A stretch of DNA of 20,000 bases from an uncultured virus (IMG/VR IMGVR_UViG_3300035698_018097) (IMGVR_UViG_3300035698_018097), one strand, 5' to 3'. Shown: positions 8,205-16,241, numbered from the stretch's first letter. A program made the numbers and translations. Notes: generated by a model from the letters alone, not told the origin.

Positions 8205-8420
8205 GTCCCCGCAACCCCCCCGGCGGGTTAAATATTTTTTAAACCCGCCACCCCCGCCCGCCCCCTTAATCGATAAGAAAGGGGGCGGGCCTCCCCCTTT
8301 ATATAGGGGGGATACCCCCCCCTTAAAAGGGGCGGGTGCCCCCGTGTCTAACCCGCCCTCTTTAAGGCCCCTATGTTATGGGCCGTGTCCATTTTACACA
8401 CCCTGCAAAAATTCGCCGCC
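8205..8420. repeat. GC-rich cluster of tandem inverted repeats with repeated CCCGCC/GGCGGG; candidate origin or structured RNA
   Basis: Stems 8222-8229/8242-8249, 8256-8267/8279-8290 (perfect 12 bp), 8293-8298/8305-8310, 8321-8337/8351-8367, 8366-8370/8380-8384. Confidence 0.9.
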
Positions 8421-8508
8421 AGATTTTTATATATATATTGTTTCGGTAACAAAAAATAAATAAACATTTCCACTTGACAAATGCCGAACCATCTGTATTA
8501 TCAGAATC

Positions 8509-8649
8509 ATGATTAAGAAATTAACTCACTTTTGGTTCCCTCTCAACCGAAACTGTATTGGACAGTTAAAAACCAATTCCGGTTCATTCATTCGGACTAA
8601 AAATGATTCGTTTTACGCCGGATGTGTCGAACAAATCCGGCCGGAATAA
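8509..8649 (+). CDS. hypothetical protein, 46 aa (not in ORF track)
   Basis: ATG 35 nt after TTGACA at 8474 (TATTAT at 8496); MIKKLTHFWFPLNRNCIG...QIRPE. Confidence 0.6.
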   Translation: MIKKLTHFWFPLNRNCIGQLKTNSGSFIRTKNDSFYAGCVEQIRPE

Positions 8650-8653
8650 AATA

Positions 8654-8752
8654 AAGGCTGTCCGTCAATAGCCTATATTTAGGTTAGCGCCTAAGAGGAA
8701 AAGTTAGGGGAAGCGGCAGCTTCCCCATTTCCTTGCATAGCTGCACAGCCTT
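8654..8752. ncRNA. candidate multi-branched structured RNA or DNA element
   Basis: Closing stem AAGGCTGT/ACAGCCTT enclosing TTAGG/CCTAA and AGGAAA..GGGGAAGC-GGCA-GCTTCCCC..TTTCCT. Confidence 0.4.
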
Positions 8753-8810
8753 ATAATCAGCTCTATCCTAGAATATCCAGGAATAAAAATATTCAAATCC
8801 GAAATCGTTC

Positions 8811-8818
8811 ATATTTAT
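8811..8818 (+). promoter_or_regulatory. ATATTTAT motif (putative late-type promoter)
   Basis: 6 nt before the ATG of the 1205-aa gene; motif recurs before other genes. Confidence 0.55.
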
Positions 8819-8824
8819 ATTAAT

Positions 8825-11800
8825 ATGAAAAGTGATCCATATAGTAAAGCCTTATTATGGGAGATGGCGAAATCTGTGATAGAGGAAGATCCGGATGAGT
8901 TTGATCGAAAAGGCACACCGCGGGTTGATTGGAAAACCGGGGGAATCGCGTTTACAATAATAAAGCCGGATTGTGTATTCGTGGTAGAGGCGACCCATCC
9001 CAAAATAAAATTTCAATTGGATAAAATCATCCATGAGAAATTGAACTACAAATCTGCATTAAAGCGATTGACAGAAACTGGGGTAGAATTTTATGGTGAC
9101 AAAAACAAATTAAATTGGGAATGGTTATCCAAGAATATAGACATATCGGAAGAGCCTAGAAAAATCGGATTAGCAGGAAGAGTATGGCCAACATATAAAC
9201 TAATATCGTATTGGGCGCCACCTAAATATGTCTTGGATCACATTGGAGATGTCATAAAATTCCTAAAGATCATAAAAACTCCGGAGCAGTTCATTCCGGA
9301 ATACAAATTAGATATAAATAAAATGTTCATAGATTTGGGTGCTCGCGGAGCATATGAAGCGATCACAATTAAGGATGCTATAGAATATAAATTAAAAAAC
9401 TCTGATGATAAAAGTTGGAATGTCAAGAGTGGGGAAGACAAAGGTCCGGACATGGGAAAAGCCCATATTGAAGCGAATCCCATAAAGAGGAAATTGATGC
9501 AGAAGTCAGGCATGTGGGATAATCCTGATCAATACAAGCCGAAAGTTCCTAACATGGTGTTGCGTTCAGTAAGGGCTAATCCATTATTATTCAGTAAGAT
9601 CGATTGGGATAATTGGGGATTATCTGACATACAGGCGAAGCGAATGTTACAGGCATTGCAAGAAGAGGAAATAAACGAATCACCTGATAGTCCGAAGAAT
9701 CGGACATTTGCATTAATTGAGAAGGAGAGCTATGGATTTGTAATGTTATTTGGGGATTTGTTTATGGTATCCCAGCGAGCGACTCATTCAGTTTTTTTAA
9801 AATTTTTCAGCAAATTGAAGGATGAGAATCTCACAACTCGGGAAGAAATTGAAGAGGCTGGAAAAAACTGGAAAACTCGCTGGGACAAATTTCCTATATT
9901 ATTTTATGGCAACAAATTCAAATTAACATGGGAAAATCTTTTAAAGGTAAAAAGTTTAGCGGCTGTTCTCAAGAGGAAAGAAAAACTTGGATTTGGTAAT
10001 ACTATTGAAAGAAAGTATGGAATTGCCGGGCGATTATGGTTAGACGATCCTCAAATAATATCATTTTGGGCGGCTGAAGGAGATGTCAAGAAAAACATTA
10101 AATCTATTATGTATTTTCTAAAATTGATTGGATTATCATTACCTGAGATAAAAGCAATGGAATTAGATATTGGTGAGGAGGAGGACACGATCACGATTAA
10201 TGATATTTTAACAAAAGAAATTAGCACTAGTGATAAGATGAATCAAGCACAAAAAGACGCAATGGCTCAGGCACACATTGAGGTTGATCCTGGCAAGCGA
10301 AAGATGTTGCAGAAAAAGCTTGGCATGAGACAGAACAAATTGATTAGAAACAAGGCTGATTTAATACCTAATATGATCAAGCGATTTGTTAAGAATGATC
10401 CATCTAGGGTTAACAATATAGAATGGGATTTATTTGGGATCACGAAGGCCGATGCGGTTGAATTATTAACTGAGACACCTGATAATTATTATTTTCGTGG
10501 AAATATTCGTCATTTGCCGAAGGACTATGATGCTTATTGTTTTATTATGTTATATGATGATTTATTCGTCGTTCAAGAGAATGGTTATCATGGTGACATT
10601 TCACAATTTTTCATTGATTGTCAGAAAAATGGAATGAAATCTTCGGAGGAAATAATTAAATATGGAAAAACATGGGAAGCTGAGGATCTTTGGGATATCG
10701 GTTCCGACAATCCAATATTATTTTATGGTAACACTAAAAAATTAACATGGGAAAATCTTTTAAAGGTTTCGGGATTTCAAAAAGCATTAAGAGATTTTGA
10801 AGAAAATGATGGGGCGTCACCTGAGCGGAAGTATGGGATTCCTGGTAGATTTTGGACAGATGAACCTGGAGCTTGTTCAATTTGGAAAAATGATAAAGTA
10901 TTTGTAAAATCGATAAAGTCTATTATAAGCATGTTTAAGATGGTTGGCTTTAGTAATTCGGACATTGGTAAGATGCATGTGGATATTGGAAGTGGGATTA
11001 AAGTTATTACTTTTAAGGATGTATTATCTAAAGAGGTCGAAGCATCTAACAAGATATCGAAGAAAAAGGCGGATGCGATGAAGCGGGCTCACATAGAGAC
11101 TGATCCTAGGAAGAAGAAAATGTTACAAAAGAAATTGGGCATGAACCAGAACAAAGTAATAAGGAACAAGTTAGATTTAATACCGAATATGATACGAAAT
11201 TTCATTAAGGGAGATCCGACAAGGGTTGACCGTGTAAATTGGGATGCGTTTGGGGTATCCAAGCAAGACGCGATCGATTTATTAACTGAGGATGCTGATT
11301 TTGCGAATGTGGATGGCCAGAGATTGGGTCCGAGCAGAAAAGACAGTATTACCTTTGGGTTAATAGAGAATTTAATGTTTATTCGTCGTGGAGCGAAAAG
11401 CAATCACCAACAAATATACTTTGAATTAAAGGACAGATTGGCGCCGAACTATCCGAAATTGGAAAAGGCGATAAAGTCTCGACAATTGGACAAGGTGAAT
11501 CATTTCGTAAGGCAGATAGCTGGATATTTACACAAGCGTGACATAATATTAATGGGAGACATTGGGGATTTGCCTGGAATATTGCGTGACATTTACAAGA
11601 ATGACACCAAGAATGTAGATGTATCGAACATGATGAAGCGTGTGATGCAGGGGGAATTATCGAAGATGGATGCGGATGTAGCGCGGATACGGACTGAGGT
11701 ATTTGACATAGCTGGACGGGCGTGGACAGCTGCTAAGATTGTTAGCTTTTGGAATCCGACATTTAAGGCGAAGGAATGTCTAGCGGCGTTTGATTTAATT

Positions 11801-12442
11801 GAGGATATGGTGGATTACCGATTTGAATTTATTGATAATGTTGGGACTTTTTATACTTACGAGCAAGTGAAATCGGGGAGCGTGAAAAAGGGCAAAATGG
11901 GTAAAATCGATACTGGCCATGACGAGGTTCATCCTGGAAAAAGAAAAATGAAACAAAAAGCGGCTGGAATAGGAAATCCAATTGATTATAGCAAACACGG
12001 AAATTTGGCGCCGTGGCAACGAGATAAGGCTAAAGGATTAGCAGAAAATGATATTCCCGATATATTTGACAACAAAGATGGGATTGGAGCGGTTCCTTAC
12101 AATCAAACCATTGATTATCATGGATTTATCAAGCCGATGCAGGTTCGTGAATTTAGACGATTAGTTTTACCAGGCGTATCTGATTCTAAGAGCAAGGCAT
12201 ATATAATCAAGGCAATAGCTGGGGGAGCAAAAATTGGAACACCATTTTTAATGGTTGAATGGAATGACAGGAACAAAGTTTGGTTTACGGTTGGACATGA
12301 AGGAAGGAGTCGTGCGGATGCGATAGCGGAATTATATGGATCTGGGACAACGATACCTATTCATGTAATTGTATCTAGTAAAGATAGAGGACAAGGCGTA
12401 ACAGACGAAATGAAAAGTGCGTTAATAATACCAGAACGGTAA
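8825..12442 (+). CDS. 1205-aa repeat protein: four homologous units plus C-terminal ParB/Srx-like domain; putative processed internal virion protein
   Basis: Units start at aa 22, 286, 551, 823 and share GRxW..(I/V)S(F/Y/I)W and H(I/D)ExxPxK(R/K)K(M/L)xQK; tail from aa 1075 has GHEGRSRADA. Confidence 0.9.
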   Translation: MKSDPYSKALLWEMAKSVIEEDPDEFDRKGTPRVDWKTGGIAFTIIKPDCVFVVEATHPKIKFQLDKIIHEKLNYKSALKRLTETGVEFYGDKNKLNWEWLSKNIDISEEPRKIGLAGRVWPTYKLISYWAPPKYVLDHIGDVIKFLKIIKTPEQFIPEYKLDINKMFIDLGARGAYEAITIKDAIEYKLKNSDDKSWNVKSGEDKGPDMGKAHIEANPIKRKLMQKSGMWDNPDQYKPKVPNMVLRSVRANPLLFSKIDWDNWGLSDIQAKRMLQALQEEEINESPDSPKNRTFALIEKESYGFVMLFGDLFMVSQRATHSVFLKFFSKLKDENLTTREEIEEAGKNWKTRWDKFPILFYGNKFKLTWENLLKVKSLAAVLKRKEKLGFGNTIERKYGIAGRLWLDDPQIISFWAAEGDVKKNIKSIMYFLKLIGLSLPEIKAMELDIGEEEDTITINDILTKEISTSDKMNQAQKDAMAQAHIEVDPGKRKMLQKKLGMRQNKLIRNKADLIPNMIKRFVKNDPSRVNNIEWDLFGITKADAVELLTETPDNYYFRGNIRHLPKDYDAYCFIMLYDDLFVVQENGYHGDISQFFIDCQKNGMKSSEEIIKYGKTWEAEDLWDIGSDNPILFYGNTKKLTWENLLKVSGFQKALRDFEENDGASPERKYGIPGRFWTDEPGACSIWKNDKVFVKSIKSIISMFKMVGFSNSDIGKMHVDIGSGIKVITFKDVLSKEVEASNKISKKKADAMKRAHIETDPRKKKMLQKKLGMNQNKVIRNKLDLIPNMIRNFIKGDPTRVDRVNWDAFGVSKQDAIDLLTEDADFANVDGQRLGPSRKDSITFGLIENLMFIRRGAKSNHQQIYFELKDRLAPNYPKLEKAIKSRQLDKVNHFVRQIAGYLHKRDIILMGDIGDLPGILRDIYKNDTKNVDVSNMMKRVMQGELSKMDADVARIRTEVFDIAGRAWTAAKIVSFWNPTFKAKECLAAFDLIEDMVDYRFEFIDNVGTFYTYEQVKSGSVKKGKMGKIDTGHDEVHPGKRKMKQKAAGIGNPIDYSKHGNLAPWQRDKAKGLAENDIPDIFDNKDGIGAVPYNQTIDYHGFIKPMQVREFRRLVLPGVSDSKSKAYIIKAIAGGAKIGTPFLMVEWNDRNKVWFTVGHEGRSRADAIAELYGSGTTIPIHVIVSSKDRGQGVTDEMKSALIIPER

Positions 12443-12449
12443 TATTTAT
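12442..12449 (+). promoter_or_regulatory. ATATTTAT motif (putative late-type promoter)
   Basis: 6 nt before ATG 12456, the same spacing as at 8811. Confidence 0.55.
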
Positions 12450-12455
12450 GAATAT

Positions 12456-12629
12456 ATGAAAGAGAGTTTATATAAGCGAATAGTCAAGGACACGGGATTA
12501 TACATTTTTGACAGGAAGAAGAAGCGGCTCTTATCTGAAAGATTAATTGCTGAAGTGGATGCGATCAAAGATAATGTAGAAGCGTATGGAAGCAATCTGA
12601 AAGAATTTCTAAAAAGGAATCGGATATGA
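12456..12629 (+). CDS. hypothetical protein, 57 aa (not in ORF track)
   Basis: MKESLYKRIVKDTGLYIFDRKKKRLLSERLIAEVDAIK...RNRI; ATGA overlap with 12626. Confidence 0.7.
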   Translation: MKESLYKRIVKDTGLYIFDRKKKRLLSERLIAEVDAIKDNVEAYGSNLKEFLKRNRI

Positions 12630-13009
12630 ATCAAACGATATGGATATCACCGGTTGGACAATTAATCAATTGTCCACCAAACTCTCATTATGCTTACATC
12701 AAGCAAAATTTCTCACATTTGTTTGGCAAAGAGGCATTGAATGAGGGAGAAGTTCACGATGAACCCTATACAGCGGGATGGGTTCACATACAGAATCATT
12801 TTGGACAGTTCAATGTAAGGGGAACACAGACAGCGATTCAAACAAAAAAGAATATGATTCGCGATTTAATATTTGAGAGATTATTATCTGATCGAAATTT
12901 TACCGTAAATGTTGAATATAACAATAAGGCTATGGTCAATCCACATGGAGCGAGCTATTGTTTTCGGATGCCTGATCAATATGATGAGTTGAAAAGCTAT
13001 TTGATGTAA
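12626..13009 (+). CDS. hypothetical protein, 127 aa
   Basis: Coupled to the upstream gene by ATGA overlap. Confidence 0.85.
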   Translation: MNQTIWISPVGQLINCPPNSHYAYIKQNFSHLFGKEALNEGEVHDEPYTAGWVHIQNHFGQFNVRGTQTAIQTKKNMIRDLIFERLLSDRNFTVNVEYNNKAMVNPHGASYCFRMPDQYDELKSYLM

Positions 13010-13016
13010 TATTTAT
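13009..13016 (+). promoter_or_regulatory. ATATTTAT motif (putative late-type promoter)
   Basis: Upstream of 13048; a variant ACATTTAT lies at 13029-13036. Confidence 0.5.
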
Positions 13017-13047
13017 AATAAAACTCAAACATTTATGAACACACATT

Positions 13048-13935
13048 ATGAAACGAATAGAATTTAGAAAACTTGTCAAAGAATGCATTTGCGAACTATT
13101 AACTGAAGGCGACGGTTCATTTGACCACATGGTTGAACCGACAGAAGACGGACATCACCCAAAATATCCTCATTTAATATATTATGAATTGGAACCGCAT
13201 CAGGGAATGTATGTCTTATCTGCACCAAAAACGGTAGAAGGCGATGCCTTAATGTCAGCGGAAGATGTAGCTGATCAATTTGGACAAGAAGCGGCTGACA
13301 GAGAATTTACTTATGCTACCGACGAATATTTAGAGACTTTTAAGACAGGAGAAGATTGGCAAGAAGCACAATTACATGAACGGAAGAGAATTCGGGAAGT
13401 TCACATAAACAAACATTCTTTAGCTAGAGGAGTAGCGAAATATTTATCTCAACATGTAAAACCAGCAGATCGGCCGAAGCAGGAGGATTTCGCTTCTATA
13501 ATTAACAACGGTAGAGCGATCCGAATATTAAGCAAATACCCATTGGAGCAGGCTGCTGAGAAAGCAGCTAAGATAATGATGACGGTTTCTGGAAGTTCAT
13601 TGCGCGAACATAAAATTGCAAAATTAAAACAGTTATTGAGAGAAGATAACCGTGAGATGCCTTCGAATTGGCAAGATGGGTTCAAAGATCCTGGGGAAAC
13701 ATCAGACGATCAGGTTGACACACCATTAAGATTGATGCGTGGCGAGGAACCGTTTTCGATTCACGGTAAATGGTATCTTTACATTTGGGACGAGAGAGAA
13801 AATGACATATCGGTTTATGATTTTTCATCGGACATGACGGTTGATTATACTGATTTCCAAAAACAGATTGGAATGATAAAAGAGAATAAAGCGCCAACTA
13901 TTTCGTTAGAAGCTTTACTTGGTTTACTTACCTAA
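13048..13935 (+). CDS. 295-aa putative processed internal head protein
   Basis: N-terminal helix MKRIEFRKLVKECICELLTE; internal LHE, IRE, LRE, LRE, IKE sites separate apparent small domains. Confidence 0.8.
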   Translation: MKRIEFRKLVKECICELLTEGDGSFDHMVEPTEDGHHPKYPHLIYYELEPHQGMYVLSAPKTVEGDALMSAEDVADQFGQEAADREFTYATDEYLETFKTGEDWQEAQLHERKRIREVHINKHSLARGVAKYLSQHVKPADRPKQEDFASIINNGRAIRILSKYPLEQAAEKAAKIMMTVSGSSLREHKIAKLKQLLREDNREMPSNWQDGFKDPGETSDDQVDTPLRLMRGEEPFSIHGKWYLYIWDERENDISVYDFSSDMTVDYTDFQKQIGMIKENKAPTISLEALLGLLT

Positions 13936-14149
13936 TAAAGATCAGATCTCGTTCGGTGATTGGAATAAATGTTTGATTGTTTATTTGAATATCAATTTCA
14001 TTAGGGTTTATATCGACAAGTCTAGCATCGGTAATTCGATATTCATTAATTTTCGTTCCAATATTTTCGTGCAAAATAACAAAAACCGCCTTTTTTTGGT
14101 CAATAGCGGTTTTTATAGTTGACAATGTTTCGGTATTCCAGTTATACAT
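13928..14149 (-). CDS. hypothetical protein, 73 aa; the only plausible minus-strand gene
   Basis: Fills the gap between plus-strand genes; ATG preceded by AATATTTAACTAT; 8-nt convergent overlap with 13048..13935. Confidence 0.65.
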   Translation of the reverse strand: MYNWNTETLSTIKTAIDQKKAVFVILHENIGTKINEYRITDARLVDINPNEIDIQINNQTFIPITERDLIFIR

Positions 14150-14202
14150 ATAGTTAAATATTTAGCAATTAGCAATTTTAGACCAAAATCAACATATTAT
14201 AA

Positions 14203-14544
14203 ATGACAAATATTAGAATTGACGAAAAGCCAATGGCTGGCAATCCATCGTTATTGTATAAATACTTTATAAACATATCGCCTGAATTTCTTATTACTGA
14301 TGAAACTCCGAAGGACACACGGATTTACCCAGCAGCATTTAAGAGATCCGCTAAGTTAACATTACGAGCATATCATAAAGCGGGGGAAGCAGGGTTTCCT
14401 GGTGGCGGATTATCTTTATGGGACTCAAAACACCAAGTAATTTATAATTGTTATTTTGATGCTGCAATGATTCATCCATCGAACAAGGTAAAAAGGCGTA
14501 AAAAGGTCAAAAGTAAGGCAGTAACCAGATTTTTTGAAGAATGA
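14203..14544 (+). CDS. hypothetical protein, 113 aa, basic C-terminus
   Basis: ATG start, divergent from the minus-strand gene. Confidence 0.8.
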   Translation: MTNIRIDEKPMAGNPSLLYKYFINISPEFLITDETPKDTRIYPAAFKRSAKLTLRAYHKAGEAGFPGGGLSLWDSKHQVIYNCYFDAAMIHPSNKVKRRKKVKSKAVTRFFEE

Positions 14545-14548
14545 GGTA

Positions 14549-14576
14549 TTGACAAATTGTATGTATATGATAATGT
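14549..14576 (+). promoter_or_regulatory. sigma70-like promoter
   Basis: TTGACA-16 nt (ending TGA)-TAATGT heading the 14.6-16.2 kb gene run. Confidence 0.6.
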
Positions 14577-14656
14577 TAACTAATAAATAAAACATAGGAA
14601 CAAATGAAAGTATATCCAGAAGGTGTAAAAATGTTATTGAGGAATCGATTAAAGAG

Positions 14657-14782
14657 ATGAACGAAAATAATTCTATTACTAAAATCGATACGGCTGGTTT
14701 TGAAACCGGAGATTATCAAGTTAAAATAGTGATAACTAAAGATGATAAAATCAGCGTAATGACCTTTGGAGTTATAGAATGA
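14657..14782 (+). CDS. hypothetical protein, 41 aa (not in ORF track)
   Basis: MNENNSITKIDTAGFETGDYQVKIVITKDDKISVMTFGVIE; ATGA overlaps at both ends. Confidence 0.55.
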   Translation: MNENNSITKIDTAGFETGDYQVKIVITKDDKISVMTFGVIE

Positions 14783-15009
14783 CAATGGCTAAACGAAAAT
14801 TAGAAGTAACAGCAAAGCAATCTGCTTTATTGGTGGAACAATTTTTAACATATGAAATGTATGCTCCGCAAGGCGTTGGCACAAACCATCCTACAGAAAA
14901 AGTGAACAATTTTATTGGTAAATTTATAGGACTTCTTATTGAAAAGAAAATTTTAGATATCACTGATGTTTATTATTTGGTAGATAATTCAAAAAAGATA
15001 AAACGATGA
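14779..15009 (+). CDS. hypothetical protein, 76 aa
   Basis: ATGA overlaps at both ends. Confidence 0.75.
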   Translation: MTMAKRKLEVTAKQSALLVEQFLTYEMYAPQGVGTNHPTEKVNNFIGKFIGLLIEKKILDITDVYYLVDNSKKIKR

Positions 15010-15239
15010 AAGAAATCAAATCAATTAGTATAACTGCTGTGGATTCAAAGCATGTATCGTCAGTTAATTATGTAGCACTTGCTTTATGTTGTGATAATAC
15101 CATTTGGGAATATACAGTTGGGTTTGGCAGTTGGCGACAATTACCGGCAATTCCTGATAATGAGTCTATTAAGAAGGAAAAGACGGAGCATCGTAGAAAT
15201 TATGACACAAAAGATTTACATCTACATCCTGAATTTTAA
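15006..15239 (+). CDS. hypothetical protein, 77 aa
   Basis: ATGA overlap. Confidence 0.75.
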   Translation: MKEIKSISITAVDSKHVSSVNYVALALCCDNTIWEYTVGFGSWRQLPAIPDNESIKKEKTEHRRNYDTKDLHLHPEF

Positions 15240-15245
15240 TAAAAT

Positions 15246-15479
15246 ATGAAAAGTATAGCTCCTAGAATCGATAAAACCGAAGGAATTAGAGAGATTCCTT
15301 CTACTTACAAGAATTATTATGTTATTCTTCGCAATGGTCGAAGAGTAAGCGACAAAAATCATTTCACGGAAAATGAAGCAAGAGTAGAAAAAGAATATTG
15401 GGATTCAATTCTAAAGAGTTGGCCCGATGGAACAAAGATAAGAATTCATTCGTGTAAAAACATCAATTATAAAGAATAA
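15246..15479 (+). CDS. hypothetical protein, 77 aa
   Basis: ORF in a tightly packed gene run. Confidence 0.75.
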   Translation: MKSIAPRIDKTEGIREIPSTYKNYYVILRNGRRVSDKNHFTENEARVEKEYWDSILKSWPDGTKIRIHSCKNINYKE

Positions 15480-15491
15480 GGATAAAACATT

Positions 15492-15944
15492 ATGTCTTGC
15501 ACATTATATATTACCGTGGGGATTCCAGGAAGTGGAAAATCTACAGGTATCAAAAAATTAGTTGAAAAAACCGGTGCAAAAGTAATTTGCCCTGATGATA
15601 TTCGTAAAGAGGTCACGGGAGATTCGGGAGATCAGTCTCAGAACCCAAAAGTGTGGGGAATTGCATTTGCTAGACTTCACGCTACTTTGAAAAACGAAGA
15701 TTCCGTTGTATTTGATGCAACATCTGTTGCTCCCAAGGACAGAAAACGACTTATCAAGGTCGGGCAAAAGTATGAGTGTGATGTTATTGCATGTGTATTT
15801 CCGGTTACATTGAGAACTGCGATTGACCGTCAAGCTAACAGAGAACGCAAAGTTTCACCCGATATTATTGAACGATTTTACAAACGATTTAAAATGCCTT
15901 CTACTTCCGAAGGATTTGATGGCATTTTCGTTTACAATAGTTGA
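15492..15944 (+). CDS. P-loop kinase (AAA_33 / polynucleotide 5'-kinase-like domain)
   Basis: Walker A GIPGSGKST, DDIR, VVFDAT, RxxxRER lid; no phosphatase domain attached. Confidence 0.85.
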   Translation: MSCTLYITVGIPGSGKSTGIKKLVEKTGAKVICPDDIRKEVTGDSGDQSQNPKVWGIAFARLHATLKNEDSVVFDATSVAPKDRKRLIKVGQKYECDVIACVFPVTLRTAIDRQANRERKVSPDIIERFYKRFKMPSTSEGFDGIFVYNS

Positions 15945-16162
15945 TGAAGGCTTATAAAGTAGAAATGTTAGTAGTTGACCACGATGGGCTTGGTGGCGAG
16001 GGAATCAAAGACGAACTCGAAAATACAAAATATTCGAATCGTGGTATTGCTCCACAAGTAATGTTTGTTGAAGGAAAAGATATTGATGAATGGTCAGATG
16101 ATCATCCATTAAATTTTTTAGGTTGTAACGAAGAATATCAACAACTTTTCTCAAATAATTAG
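15944..16162 (+). CDS. hypothetical phage protein, 72 aa
   Basis: TGATG overlap at 15942-15946. Confidence 0.75.
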   Translation: MKAYKVEMLVVDHDGLGGEGIKDELENTKYSNRGIAPQVMFVEGKDIDEWSDDHPLNFLGCNEEYQQLFSNN

Positions 16163-16188
16163 GTTTATTTGTTTTATTCATAATAATT

Positions 16189-16218
16189 AAACGGATGTGG
16201 AAACGCATCCGTTTTTTT
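16189..16218 (+). terminator. intrinsic terminator
   Basis: AAACGGATGTG-GAAA-CGCATCCGTTT stem with GNRA loop running into T7. Confidence 0.9.
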
Positions 16219-16241
16219 ATTTTGGCGGCTCTTCTTATAAA

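Larger units (their letters stand above)
30..8501 (+). promoter_or_regulatory. Array of ~19 related sigma70-like early-type promoters, mostly generating leaderless mRNAs
   Basis: TTGAC(A/T) at 30, 51, 608, 972, 1496, 1983, 2700, 2971, 3577, 4381, 4620, 5462, 5810, 6284, 6704, 7143, 7868, 8130, 8474. A -10-like hexamer usually follows after 16-17 nt. In 15 cases an ATG starts 34-38 nt after the first T. Confidence 0.85.

Noticed and set aside
30..8501. Promoter repeats as a CRISPR array or integron attC sites
   Set aside because: Repeats are degenerate promoter sequences separated by whole genes of variable length; no attC-like inverted cores, integrase or cas gene in the window
8654..8752. 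tRNA or hammerhead ribozyme
   Set aside because: No TTCRA T-loop in a cloverleaf context and no CTGANGA core on either strand
8812..8819. TATTTATA read as a minus-strand T4 late promoter (TATAAATA)
   Set aside because: It is the reverse complement, but it consistently sits just before plus-strand ATGs with no minus-strand gene to drive
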